This document shows, piece by piece, positions 1-7,617 of a stretch of DNA of 14,248 bases. Source of the stretch: Candidatus Helarchaeota archaeon. GTDB lineage: Archaea; Asgardarchaeota; Lokiarchaeia; Helarchaeales; RDOG01. Every line of letters begins with the position of its first letter. Position 1 is the first letter of the stretch. Location: positions 1 to 14,248 of the forward strand of contig JALGVI010000100.1 in assembly GCA_029838215.1 (NCBI GenBank), in the 5' to 3' direction. The notes beneath the pieces were generated by a model, which was not told the DNA's origin, made no database searches, and was given only the letters and a program-made list of their open reading frames with translations. A program made the position numbers and the translations under genes.

Positions 1-495
1 GTCTCTAGACAAATTCTTGAGTTCAATTTCAGAAACTACGACGGGATCATTCGAAAAGGGGACGCAAATCACGTGGGTGATGGCCACGTTTCCGTGAACT
101 TTCCGTTTTTTAAAATATCCCATTCCAAATAGACGTGTTTTCATCTCTTCAGGCAGGATGGGATCCCACTCATCGGACCATGTCATGTCATCCTGTTGAA
201 TGAAACAAATTCCTCCACCGAGGCTTCTTTTTTTCTCATCCCGATAAGTGAGCCAATGAAACCCCCTGCTGGGATCCAAGATTTGAACATAACCACCATT
301 GTGTGCGGTTGCCGTGATTCGATCATTTCCTAATTGATGATAATGGTCGGTTGAAAATCCCCACGTGGTCTCTGCTCTTGCCCACGGATCCTTATCTTGA
401 TTGCAAGTATAGTCGAATGCAGGTAAGCCGTGTTCATCCACGACCCACTTGCCAAAATAGCCGCCATCAGATAGCTGTTTATCTTTTTTTTCCAT
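1..495 (-). CDS. N-terminal 165 aa of a probable large glycoside hydrolase/phosphorylase-like protein (GH94/GT36-like); runs off the left edge
   Basis: Translated by hand: ATG at 495, no stop to position 1. MEKKDKQLSDGGYFGKWVVDEHGLPAFDYTCNQDKDP...DHYHQLGNDRITATAHNGGYVQI...GGGICFI...RLFGMGYFKKR...PFSNDPVVVSEIELKN. The motifs FGxWxxDExGLPAFxYTCxQ, HQxGNDR, FGMGYF and PFxxDPV resemble, from memory, the N-terminus of GH94-like six-hairpin glycosidase proteins. The ORF is solid; the family call is tentative. Confidence 0.65.
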   Translation of the reverse strand, partial: MEKKDKQLSDGGYFGKWVVDEHGLPAFDYTCNQDKDPWARAETTWGFSTDHYHQLGNDRITATAHNGGYVQILDPSRGFHWLTYRDEKKRSLGGGICFIQQDDMTWSDEWDPILPEEMKTRLFGMGYFKKRKVHGNVAITHVICVPFSNDPVVVSEIELKNLSRD

Positions 496-626
496 GACCA
501 AGATCTCTTTCAGTTTTCTTCTACGTGATTACTCGAAAGTTTTTTTATGACAAATTTTCTCGATAGATCTGTTGAAATCATGTTTAAAAGTTACGTGATC
601 TTGATATTGATAGGAGTTATATCACT

Positions 627-1337
627 ATGGCACGGGAACTTTTAATTGACGTTGATGAAAGATTAAAAAAAATTAGGAGTTCGTCTCAAGTCAAAGGGTT
701 TTCCCCAATTTTGTGGGAGATGGGGGAGAAACGCATTATCAAGCTCATCACTCACTACTTGCAACCCTGTCATGCTATCCTTGATGTTGGCTGTGCCGCA
801 GGCAATTACATTAAACAAATCGCGCATCAAGCAGGATATTGTGTTGGAATAGATCCTCTCATGGAGACTTCTCTTCTCAATGCGAAAGATAATCTCGCAT
901 CGATTAGGAACACGGATGTTGTCTTGAGCGTCGGAGAAACCCTTCCCTTCCGTAATGAGAGCTTTGACGTGTTTCTTTGTCTCTCCACTCTTCAACACGT
1001 GCACGATGAAGAAGTGGTGCTTCAAGAAATACGTAATTGCTCGAAATCCAATTCAATTCTGGTTGTTCAAGTGCCCATAACTCGTGGAGAACAAATCGCA
1101 AAGGGAGATGCCAGAAATTTTACTTATTCTTCAATTCAAGAAACTTTAATAAGCCATGGTTTTCAAATCTTGAAATTAGTTCCTTTTGGTTACACACCTC
1201 GTCCAGTTCAGAAAATCCTGCACGGAGCTTCCCGTATCAGTCGTTCATTTACGAAATTTCTCATTCGGATGGCGAACTTGGTCTTGAAATTTAAACCTAA
1301 AAACGCAGCCATGGTTTTAATTGTTGCCGCATTTTAA
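627..1337 (+). CDS. Class I SAM-dependent methyltransferase (Methyltransf_11-like)
   Basis: Motif I ILDVGCAAG, acidic residue in VGIDP, and LPFRNESFDVFLCLSTLQHV. AGGAG SD-like sequence upstream. Substrate unknown. Confidence 0.9.
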   Translation: MARELLIDVDERLKKIRSSSQVKGFSPILWEMGEKRIIKLITHYLQPCHAILDVGCAAGNYIKQIAHQAGYCVGIDPLMETSLLNAKDNLASIRNTDVVLSVGETLPFRNESFDVFLCLSTLQHVHDEEVVLQEIRNCSKSNSILVVQVPITRGEQIAKGDARNFTYSSIQETLISHGFQILKLVPFGYTPRPVQKILHGASRISRSFTKFLIRMANLVLKFKPKNAAMVLIVAAF

Positions 1338-1472
1338 ATGCATCCAATTTGTCCTCAATTATCCGAGTTTTATATTTTGGTTCAGAAATCCTTAAGAAGC
1401 TCCTTCTCCTCATTAAGATCAATCCATTTCAACTGGTAAAAAAAAATACTTATTGTAACATGGTGAGAACGC

Positions 1473-1898
1473 ATGTCTGAAAATCGACTTGCCACGGCAA
1501 ATGCGGCTGCCATTCTCGGTGCAGTTTGTGGAATCTGGATGATTCTATCCGGCGTGTTATTTCTTGCATTTAATACTGCATTTACGGACAAATTAGTCCC
1601 ACTTGATGCTATTTTAGAAGCAATTACGTTGAATCCTGCACTCGGAAACGTCTTATTCATTCCTGATGCCATTTTAAATTTCATATTTGCAGGAGTCGAG
1701 ATGGTTGGCGGGTTCTTCGTTTATACTCGAAAATATCGCTTGGGTGGATCCCTCATACTCATAATCTCGCTTGTTTCCATCATAGTTGGCGGTGGCTTTT
1801 GGGTTGGTACTCTGTGGGGCGTCGCAGCTGGTGCCATTGCATTTCTTTGTCCTAATTTGGAATCAAGAATTGCAGCGGAAACCGCTGATTCTTCATAA
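1473..1898 (+). CDS. Small integral membrane protein, DUF6114-like
   Basis: About four hydrophobic helices, C-terminal SLVSIIVGGGFWVGTLWGVAAGAIA pattern, GGTGA SD just upstream of the ATG. Confidence 0.7.
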   Translation: MSENRLATANAAAILGAVCGIWMILSGVLFLAFNTAFTDKLVPLDAILEAITLNPALGNVLFIPDAILNFIFAGVEMVGGFFVYTRKYRLGGSLILIISLVSIIVGGGFWVGTLWGVAAGAIAFLCPNLESRIAAETADSS

Positions 1899-1911
1899 AC
1901 ACGCCATTTTT

Positions 1912-2985
1912 TCATTTCTTTATTGAAGATTCGAGCATCGCTTGAATTTCTGAATGGATGTTTTTTAAAACTTGTCGTGGCACTCCGTTTGACTTTTGAA
2001 GAATCCGCAAGACTGCACGATCCGAGACGATTTTATCAGATTCTTGCCAATAACTTGCCAAAATCTTAGAATAAATGGCTCTTACATCAGGAATGCTTAA
2101 TGTCGGCAAAAAAAGTTGAAATTTTACTTGAGATTTCAGGTCAGCAGTAACGTGAGACAAAAACTCATCCCAATCTCTTCTTGTGATAGCAAGAAATATA
2201 ATCGATCCTGGCAACTTGTCAAGTAAAGAATTGATGAATTCAAGGAATTCTCCCCATCGTTCGGAGGACAATGCATTCATTTCCAATTCATCAAGATAAA
2301 TTTCGAAATTCTGTTCGATATTTGCGTGAATAAATTTCAGGACTTCAAGAATGGTTTCAGGACTTATCATGCAATCAGAGATTCCGATTTCCTTCAATTG
2401 CGATGACCTTAATTTTTCACCTAACAACCAACGTCGGACCAGCATTCGTTCTCGAGTGCTTCCGACCTTTAACTTCACGAATGATTCAAGTAAAGACTGC
2501 GGAACATCAGGATATTTATTCGTGAGTCTTTCTATCAGTAATTGCTTGTTATGTCGTATCAAGATCAAACCGAATGGATCGATGGCATAACAGGAGCCTC
2601 CAACGCTTTCAAACATCGAATTCAAAGCTTTTTTTAACAGCTGAAATCCTCCCGTGCGGAGAAAATCCAGGTACAAATGATAATAGAAATTCCTTGAACG
2701 GGTCAGATGTTGAACGCCAATCAGATGAGAGGTCGTGGGCTTTGTTCGGTTTATAACCCAAAAATAATGTGTCTTGCCCATTCCCGGATCTCCAATTATT
2801 GAAATGATGCCTCCTTTTTTATTGCTTCTTAAGATTGCCAGTTTTTTCATTAACCGTGAATCCAAATCCTTGCGATGCATGGAATAATCAAAATCATCGG
2901 GATTTTGCATTCGCGAAACGACAGAAGGAGAATACTCACGTCTTTCAATTATTTTCAAGCATGAATCATGATGACTTGTCTGCAA
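1912..2985 (-). CDS. P-loop/AAA+-type ATPase, BrxD (DUF2791)-like
   Basis: Walker A GDPGMGKT, Walker B EIYLDELE, the segment RRWLLGEKLRSSQLKEIGI before Walker B (typical of BrxD-like proteins), and lid motif SNGVPRQVL. TTG start; exact start uncertain. Confidence 0.75.
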   Translation of the reverse strand: MQTSHHDSCLKIIERREYSPSVVSRMQNPDDFDYSMHRKDLDSRLMKKLAILRSNKKGGIISIIGDPGMGKTHYFWVINRTKPTTSHLIGVQHLTRSRNFYYHLYLDFLRTGGFQLLKKALNSMFESVGGSCYAIDPFGLILIRHNKQLLIERLTNKYPDVPQSLLESFVKLKVGSTRERMLVRRWLLGEKLRSSQLKEIGISDCMISPETILEVLKFIHANIEQNFEIYLDELEMNALSSERWGEFLEFINSLLDKLPGSIIFLAITRRDWDEFLSHVTADLKSQVKFQLFLPTLSIPDVRAIYSKILASYWQESDKIVSDRAVLRILQKSNGVPRQVLKNIHSEIQAMLESSIKK

Positions 2986-3155
2986 TTGTCACACGTCACG
3001 AGTTTTTATTTAAAATCCGGCAGAGATCAAATGGAACTCCATCTTATCCTGACGTGTTTCTCTAATAGAAAGTCGAATGTCATCGTGATAATACTTACAA
3101 GAATCATCTGACAAGCCGTTGGTTAGTGCAAATGTCTCGAACGGCTTTCCTCCAC

Positions 3156-3165
3156 AAAAAAAAAA
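3156..3165 (-). terminator. Oligo-T terminator of rnpB
   Basis: T10 run on the minus strand starting 3 nt after the 3' strand of P1. Confidence 0.75.
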
Positions 3166-3168
3166 TGG

Positions 3169-3572
3169 CGACCTGGTGTAAAGATAACCCCTTTTCTGGT
3201 TAGGAAGCAGAAGTAACTTCGGCGTTTCCAAAACCGGCATTTAGCTACGCGTCCTACCCGCCTCTTCTCCTAGGCAAATCATCAGAGGCCTACTTGGACT
3301 TGCTCCCACGATCATGAGCTGTTTCAACGCTTCCATTCACGTCTTCAACGGGTTAGCTCCGTTTTGTCGCCAAAACCTTCTCGGTCGGAATCGACCTCAG
3401 CCGTATCATCATCATTTCGTAAATGGCCGTGTCATTTCTGTTCTCAGAGGGAGGTTCTCACCTCGTGGCTATGCCACATCGTCGCCTAGAGGGAGAAGGG
3501 TGTTTCCTCAACAGCATTCCTTCAATCAAGTTAAAAGAATGCCATCGGCAGCCAGTCCTTTACTCCAGATCG
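3169..3572 (-). ncRNA. rnpB: RNase P RNA, archaeal type A (about 404 nt)
   Basis: Folded by hand. P1 CGAUCUGGAGUAAAGG/UCUUUACACCAGGUCG. P2 GACUGGC/GCCGGUU. P3 hairpin. CR-I GAGGAAACACCCUUC pairs with CR-V CCAGAAAAGGGGUUA (P4). P6 CUAGG/CCUAG. P8 GUGGC/GCCAC. P9 GAGGU-GAGA-ACCUC. ACAGAAA and UGAAAC motifs, GCAAG, P15 GUCC/GGAC, P16 GCCUCU/AGAGGC and P19 are also present. The region is locally GC-richer than its flanks. Confidence 0.97.
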
Positions 3573-3593
3573 CAAGCTTGTTCCCCATTCTTA

Positions 3594-3610
3594 AATATAA
3601 AAATTTTTTG
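3594..3610 (-). promoter_or_regulatory. BRE + TATA promoter of rnpB
   Basis: Minus strand reads CAAAAAA TT TTTATATT. The TATA box lies about 22-29 nt upstream of the P1 5' end (3572), matching canonical archaeal spacing. Confidence 0.75.
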
Positions 3611-4252
3611 TCAGGATTTTAAGAACTCGCTTTGGATCCGAATTATTTCAGTGCTTGACTTGGCATTTTGGTATGCCTCTAACAGCTCGCGATTTAAAAT
3701 TAAGAATTGAGATCCCCAAGTATACAGTTTTAACAGGTTTTCCGCTTGTGTTTCAAAACCTAAAATGAAAAGAGATGCGGCCACAGCTTCTATGCTACTT
3801 AGCCTTGTTGGCTGTGCATAGTGTAATGGATTCGCAGCAAGAAGATAGGGTAGACATCTATGTACGCCCTTCAACTTGGAAAAATCATCGATAAAATCTT
3901 CAATTCTCTTCCACGAACAATCCAAGACACAAATTCCTTTAGTTAATGCCACATCACGATCTTTCATAGAAAGACTTCGAGATGCAAGCGGATCTAAAAT
4001 GATGACACCATTTGGAAATCGATTTAATCGAATGGGTTTAATAAAGCCAAATCTTTTCATCTTTTCCGCCGTGCATTTTTTTGGATTGCACTGCATTGCG
4101 TTATATAAGAATAATTTGACGGGAGCTTTCTTCCATTCAGACTTTTGGTTTTGAACGACTTTCCCATGTGGCACAGAATTCACTTCAAAATCCGTATTAT
4201 AAGAATAAATAGAAGAATTTTCTAATATAGAATTGCATAATTTTAAAAGCAA
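3611..4252 (-). CDS. tsr3: 16S/18S rRNA aminocarboxypropyltransferase Tsr3 (DUF367)
   Basis: QCNPKKCTAEKM, LDCSW and RCLPYLLAANPLHYAQPTRLSSIEAVAASLFILG match Tsr3 motifs. The true start is probably the GTG at 4183 or 4174 rather than the TTG at 4252. Confidence 0.95.
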   Translation of the reverse strand: MLLKLCNSILENSSIYSYNTDFEVNSVPHGKVVQNQKSEWKKAPVKLFLYNAMQCNPKKCTAEKMKRFGFIKPIRLNRFPNGVIILDPLASRSLSMKDRDVALTKGICVLDCSWKRIEDFIDDFSKLKGVHRCLPYLLAANPLHYAQPTRLSSIEAVAASLFILGFETQAENLLKLYTWGSQFLILNRELLEAYQNAKSSTEIIRIQSEFLKS

Positions 4253-4314
4253 GAATTATTTAAGGTGATCACTGGTAGTTGATGCACGTAAAAAATAAGG
4301 AGAGAATTTAAACC

Positions 4315-4890
4315 ATGGCAAAACTCAGAATAATTTGGAAAAGCTTCAAGCTCGCCTACCGCAGCAAACGCCGGTTCTTCGTGGCAGTTTTTATGTATGC
4401 TGCCCTAATCGTGGCAACATCTTATATCTTGAATTATGTTATCGTTTCATCCTTACCTCCTGCAACACTCGATGCCATGCAAGCTTTGGGAATGGTTGGA
4501 ATTGCAAGCGTCCTCGTGTTAACCACGTTAATCTCTTCCATAATATATAGTTTATTAATCTCCGGTTACCGTAAAAAGGAGATTGCCACGCTCCGAACCA
4601 TTGGTTGGGACATGGGTTCTCTCAGATGGTTCTTCTTGAGCGAATTAATTTTAGTATTTGTCGTTGCCTTTGTTTTGGTAATTGAAATAATGATTCACAT
4701 ATTAGGATTTACGCAATATGCTTCGGCTCTTATTGGAGCCCCCGTAATCGGTTTGAATTTGGTGGCAATAAATCCGGTGATCTTGATAGTTATCTTTTTC
4801 CTGGTATTGGCATGTCAAATAGGTGCCATCTTGTTTGGGTACTGGCGAATGTTGAAAATTAGACCAATGGAGGCCATGAGAAAGGCATAG
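4315..4890 (+). CDS. Type VII (FtsX/MacB/LolC-like) ABC permease, minimal 4-TM form
   Basis: RKKEIATLRTIGW signature, FLSEL, C-terminal KIRPMEAMR, four hydrophobic helices, AGGAG SD. Directly upstream of a LolD-type ATPase. Confidence 0.88.
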   Translation: MAKLRIIWKSFKLAYRSKRRFFVAVFMYAALIVATSYILNYVIVSSLPPATLDAMQALGMVGIASVLVLTTLISSIIYSLLISGYRKKEIATLRTIGWDMGSLRWFFLSELILVFVVAFVLVIEIMIHILGFTQYASALIGAPVIGLNLVAINPVILIVIFFLVLACQIGAILFGYWRMLKIRPMEAMRKA

Positions 4891-4903
4891 AAGGTGAATC
4901 TTT

Positions 4904-5584
4904 ATGAGTTCTGAAATAATCATAGCAGAAGACGTGACAAAAGAATACCGACGTGGAAACGAAATCATCGTGGCAATCAAAAAAATAAACTTAAGAGTCA
5001 AGAGAGGAGAGTTCTTGGTTTTTCTCGGACCCAGCGGGAGTGGTAAAACATCCCTTCTAAATGTCCTGAGCGGCTTGGATCGCCCTACGACAGGTCGCGT
5101 GATCATAGATGGTCTGGATACAAATAGCCTGGAAGAAGACATGTTCCCAAAGATCCGTCGGGAGAGAATCGGGTTTGTCTTTCAAAACTTCAATTTAATT
5201 GAAGGACTGACTGCAATCGAAAACATCGAAGCACCTCTTTGGCCAACGAGTCTCAGTTCAAAAATGATCGAAGAACGTGCCTTACATTGGTTACGCATAG
5301 TTGACCTCATCGAACGGAAAGACCATTTTCCAAAAGAGCTCAGTGGAGGCGAACAACAAAGGGTTGCAATTGCTCGTGCTTTGATCAATAATCCGAGAGT
5401 TTTGTTTGCCGATGAACCCACGGGAAATTTGGATTCTCAAACAGGCGAGAATACTGTCAAGCTTCTAAAAAGATTAAATAAAGAAGAAGACGTGACGGTC
5501 ATTTGCGTGACGCACGACACGATGATGGAAAAGTTTGCTGATCGAGTCCTTTACATCAAAGACGGACGACTTTCGCAGAAATAA
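4904..5584 (+). CDS. ABC transporter ATP-binding protein, LolD/MacB family
   Basis: Walker [19 protein letters not shown], signature [26 protein letters not shown]-loop VTHD. Confidence 0.97.
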   Translation: MSSEIIIAEDVTKEYRRGNEIIVAIKKINLRVKRGEFLVFLGPSGSGKTSLLNVLSGLDRPTTGRVIIDGLDTNSLEEDMFPKIRRERIGFVFQNFNLIEGLTAIENIEAPLWPTSLSSKMIEERALHWLRIVDLIERKDHFPKELSGGEQQRVAIARALINNPRVLFADEPTGNLDSQTGENTVKLLKRLNKEEDVTVICVTHDTMMEKFADRVLYIKDGRLSQK

Positions 5585-5586
5585 AC

Positions 5587-5600
5587 TTCTTTTCTTTTTT
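5587..5600 (+). terminator. T-rich terminator of the ABC operon
   Basis: TTCTTTTCTTTTTT immediately after the stop at 5584, in a convergent intergenic gap. Confidence 0.5.
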
Positions 5601-5664
5601 AATTTCTTTTCAAAAAAATACATGATCATTCATTGATCAACAAGATTCCATTAAAAAATGAAAT

Positions 5665-6387
5665 TTAGAGCTTTTTCAAGCTCAATGCTAGGAGAATAAG
5701 ACCAACAGGTTCAATAAATATCAACAGGAAGCACGTCGCCTGTAACAGACCGATATTTTTTTCATCACCTAAAATAAACAGGTAAATGCAGAAAAGCACG
5801 TGTCCGATAGTTCCCAAAATAAAGAAAACATTTATACCAAATAGAAAAAAGAATATCATCCCACTCATATCAAACATTTCTATCATCATTAATGGATTGA
5901 TAATCTGCTTTGTAGGAGTGATAACCATTTGGGGGATATCAATCAATGGCTTTGTCGTTATCGTGGAGAAAAGAAAGTCAAGTCTTAGATTAAGTAATGA
6001 TAGAATATATGGTTGGAGAGCAATAGTGGAAAACGTGACCAAAAGAAAAACCGTGATACACCCAATCCCCATAAAGTAAAAGGGAAATAGAAGGCGTGCT
6101 TTATTATGAAGGCTATTGCTACCAGAATCCGAAACCGTTTTCGGATCAAGTTTTTTTAGAATCAAGTATTGAAGAAGTACGTCAAGGAATATACCTGTCA
6201 TGAGAATGGAGAAACCAATCATGATGAAAACGATCAGGATTATCATTCCTAACATAAGATTCATGCTCATCAAGAAAAAACCGAGAAACATTCCACCGAA
6301 CAGGCAAATAATACCTGCAACGATTCCGAGTACAATTGATAAGAATGCCCCCCATGCTTTCTTTGAAGCACCGTCAAATTTTTCCAT
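5665..6387 (-). CDS. Multi-pass membrane protein of unknown function (loosely DUF973/DUF996-like)
   Basis: 240-aa ORF with about 5-6 hydrophobic segments and a strong AGGAGG SD before the ATG. The family resemblance is weak. Confidence 0.7.
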   Translation of the reverse strand: MEKFDGASKKAWGAFLSIVLGIVAGIICLFGGMFLGFFLMSMNLMLGMIILIVFIMIGFSILMTGIFLDVLLQYLILKKLDPKTVSDSGSNSLHNKARLLFPFYFMGIGCITVFLLVTFSTIALQPYILSLLNLRLDFLFSTITTKPLIDIPQMVITPTKQIINPLMMIEMFDMSGMIFFFLFGINVFFILGTIGHVLFCIYLFILGDEKNIGLLQATCFLLIFIEPVGLILLALSLKKL

Positions 6388-6535
6388 AAAAATCCTCCTA
6401 TTTTAGAAGTCATTGAAAAATAGAAAATACGATTTAGCAAAAATTTGTCATTCAGATTTAAAAGCTTTTCCTGAAAATATAAGAAAAATTAGTTTTCGAA
6501 CAAAAAAGGAAAGAGTTTTAGGTTTTTTAATCGGT

Positions 6536-7015
6536 TCAGGAAACATTCTTCGTGGTATAGATTATTTTTAATTCATAATTGGGATTTTTTAAAATCTCCT
6601 GTCTTATTATTTGAAATTGTCCCCACATAATACCCACGTGCTCGTTTTTGGCGGCTTTATCAAATACGTGTTGAATGATTTTCTCGATTTTTCTCCGTTC
6701 TGAAGGGAGAGCGAGTATTTCATCTGCGTGCTTGCAAAAGGAGTGCATCATGATTTCCACCTTGATGAATTTCCCTTCCGAAACTGGAATGTCTACTACT
6801 GCAGGGAAAAGCTCACAAACAATTGGTCGTCCTGCTTTTATTCTTTCCTTAAAATCAGCAGAAACGTGCTTTAAACACTTCCTATCGAGGAAAAAGTTGC
6901 AATTTTTCGCTATTTTAGTATATCTGGGCTTTGCCAAGAATTCACAACAAGATCTGGAACAGTTCACACAAATTTCAAGGGCTTTTTTTTCTTCTTCGGG
7001 CATGTGGTTCTTCAA
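6536..7015 (-). CDS. YkgJ/UPF0153-family cysteine-cluster protein (putative Zn or Fe-S binding)
   Basis: CxxCxxxCC (CVNCSRSCC), CxF...C (CNFFLDRKC) and RPxxCxxFP (RPIVCELFP). Likely start is the ATG at 7003. Confidence 0.8.
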   Translation of the reverse strand: MKNHMPEEEKKALEICVNCSRSCCEFLAKPRYTKIAKNCNFFLDRKCLKHVSADFKERIKAGRPIVCELFPAVVDIPVSEGKFIKVEIMMHSFCKHADEILALPSERRKIEKIIQHVFDKAAKNEHVGIMWGQFQIIRQEILKNPNYELKIIYTTKNVS

Positions 7016-7038
7016 CCAAAAACCAAAATAAAAAAAGA

Positions 7039-7536
7039 TTAGATAAAATTGAACCAGAACGTCACGTCAGGTCCAAGTAGTCCAAGGCTGGCCATGTAGT
7101 TAAACGTGCTCAAGAACATAAACGAGAAAATGGCTGCTGCAATCACGTAAATGATCGCCGTGAAGATCGCCGCAAAAAATCCTCCGGCACCGCTCATGTC
7201 AAAGTCGGTCTTGCAATAGATTGCCCACATCACGCAAAATGTGATGAATGCAGTAATGACCCATATTAATATGTTTTGTATGAGTGATGCGGCTTGAGAT
7301 AAAAGCGGTAATGCTGCCAACAAGTATGGTAAAACGACTGGCACGATAAGACTTACGATAAAATCCGTAATCCAGTAAACTCCCAAGATTAGAACTGCAC
7401 TTCCAAATGCTAGACCGAAGCCACCTTCTGAACCTCCGATCCTAGCGATCGTGATGATGACTATGGACAATATTAGCGTTATGATGAAATAGAACAATAT
7501 CTTCAGCGTTATGCCGATGATCATCCCAAAAACCAT
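7039..7536 (-). CDS. Hypothetical integral membrane protein
   Basis: 165 aa, almost entirely hydrophobic, about five helices, ATG start. Confidence 0.7.
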   Translation of the reverse strand: MVFGMIIGITLKILFYFIITLILSIVIITIARIGGSEGGFGLAFGSAVLILGVYWITDFIVSLIVPVVLPYLLAALPLLSQAASLIQNILIWVITAFITFCVMWAIYCKTDFDMSGAGGFFAAIFTAIIYVIAAAIFSFMFLSTFNYMASLGLLGPDVTFWFNFI

Positions 7537-7587
7537 GTTTAAACAACTCTCAATTTTACTGGTGTTTCTATTAATGAATCAAAATTC

Positions 7588-7601
7588 TAAATATAAAAAA
7601 A
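7588..7601 (-). promoter_or_regulatory. Oligo-T terminator of rpoB overlapping a candidate TATA box for the next gene
   Basis: Minus strand reads TTTTTTTATATTTA, 16 nt after the rpoB stop. It closely resembles the rnpB TATA context (TTTTTATATTTA). Confidence 0.45.
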
Positions 7602-7617
7602 TATGTTTTTGTATTCT

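Noticed and set aside
522-599. Direct repeat TACGTGAT (522-529 and 592-599) in the divergent promoter region
   Set aside because: Two copies of an 8-mer in about 130 bp is within chance, and ACGT-containing words are common throughout the window.
663-1915. Alternative ORFs 663-1025, 904-1101, 1037-1294, 1382-1684 and 1721-1915
   Set aside because: They overlap better-supported genes in another frame or strand and show no motifs.
3113-3147. 8-bp inverted repeat AAGCCGTT/AACGGCTT just past the rnpB terminator, next to a GAGGAAAG word
   Set aside because: A single stem with a 19-nt loop is near chance level. The CR-I-like word has no P4 partner, so it is not a second RNase P fragment.
3397-3415. 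Box C/D-like AUGAUGA...CUGA on the minus strand
   Set aside because: It lies inside RNase P P12 and is better explained as a K-turn than as a separate guide sRNA.
3010-3710. ORFs 3010-3240, 3314-3622 and 3423-3710
   Set aside because: They overlap the RNase P RNA gene; the open frames are explained by its higher GC content.
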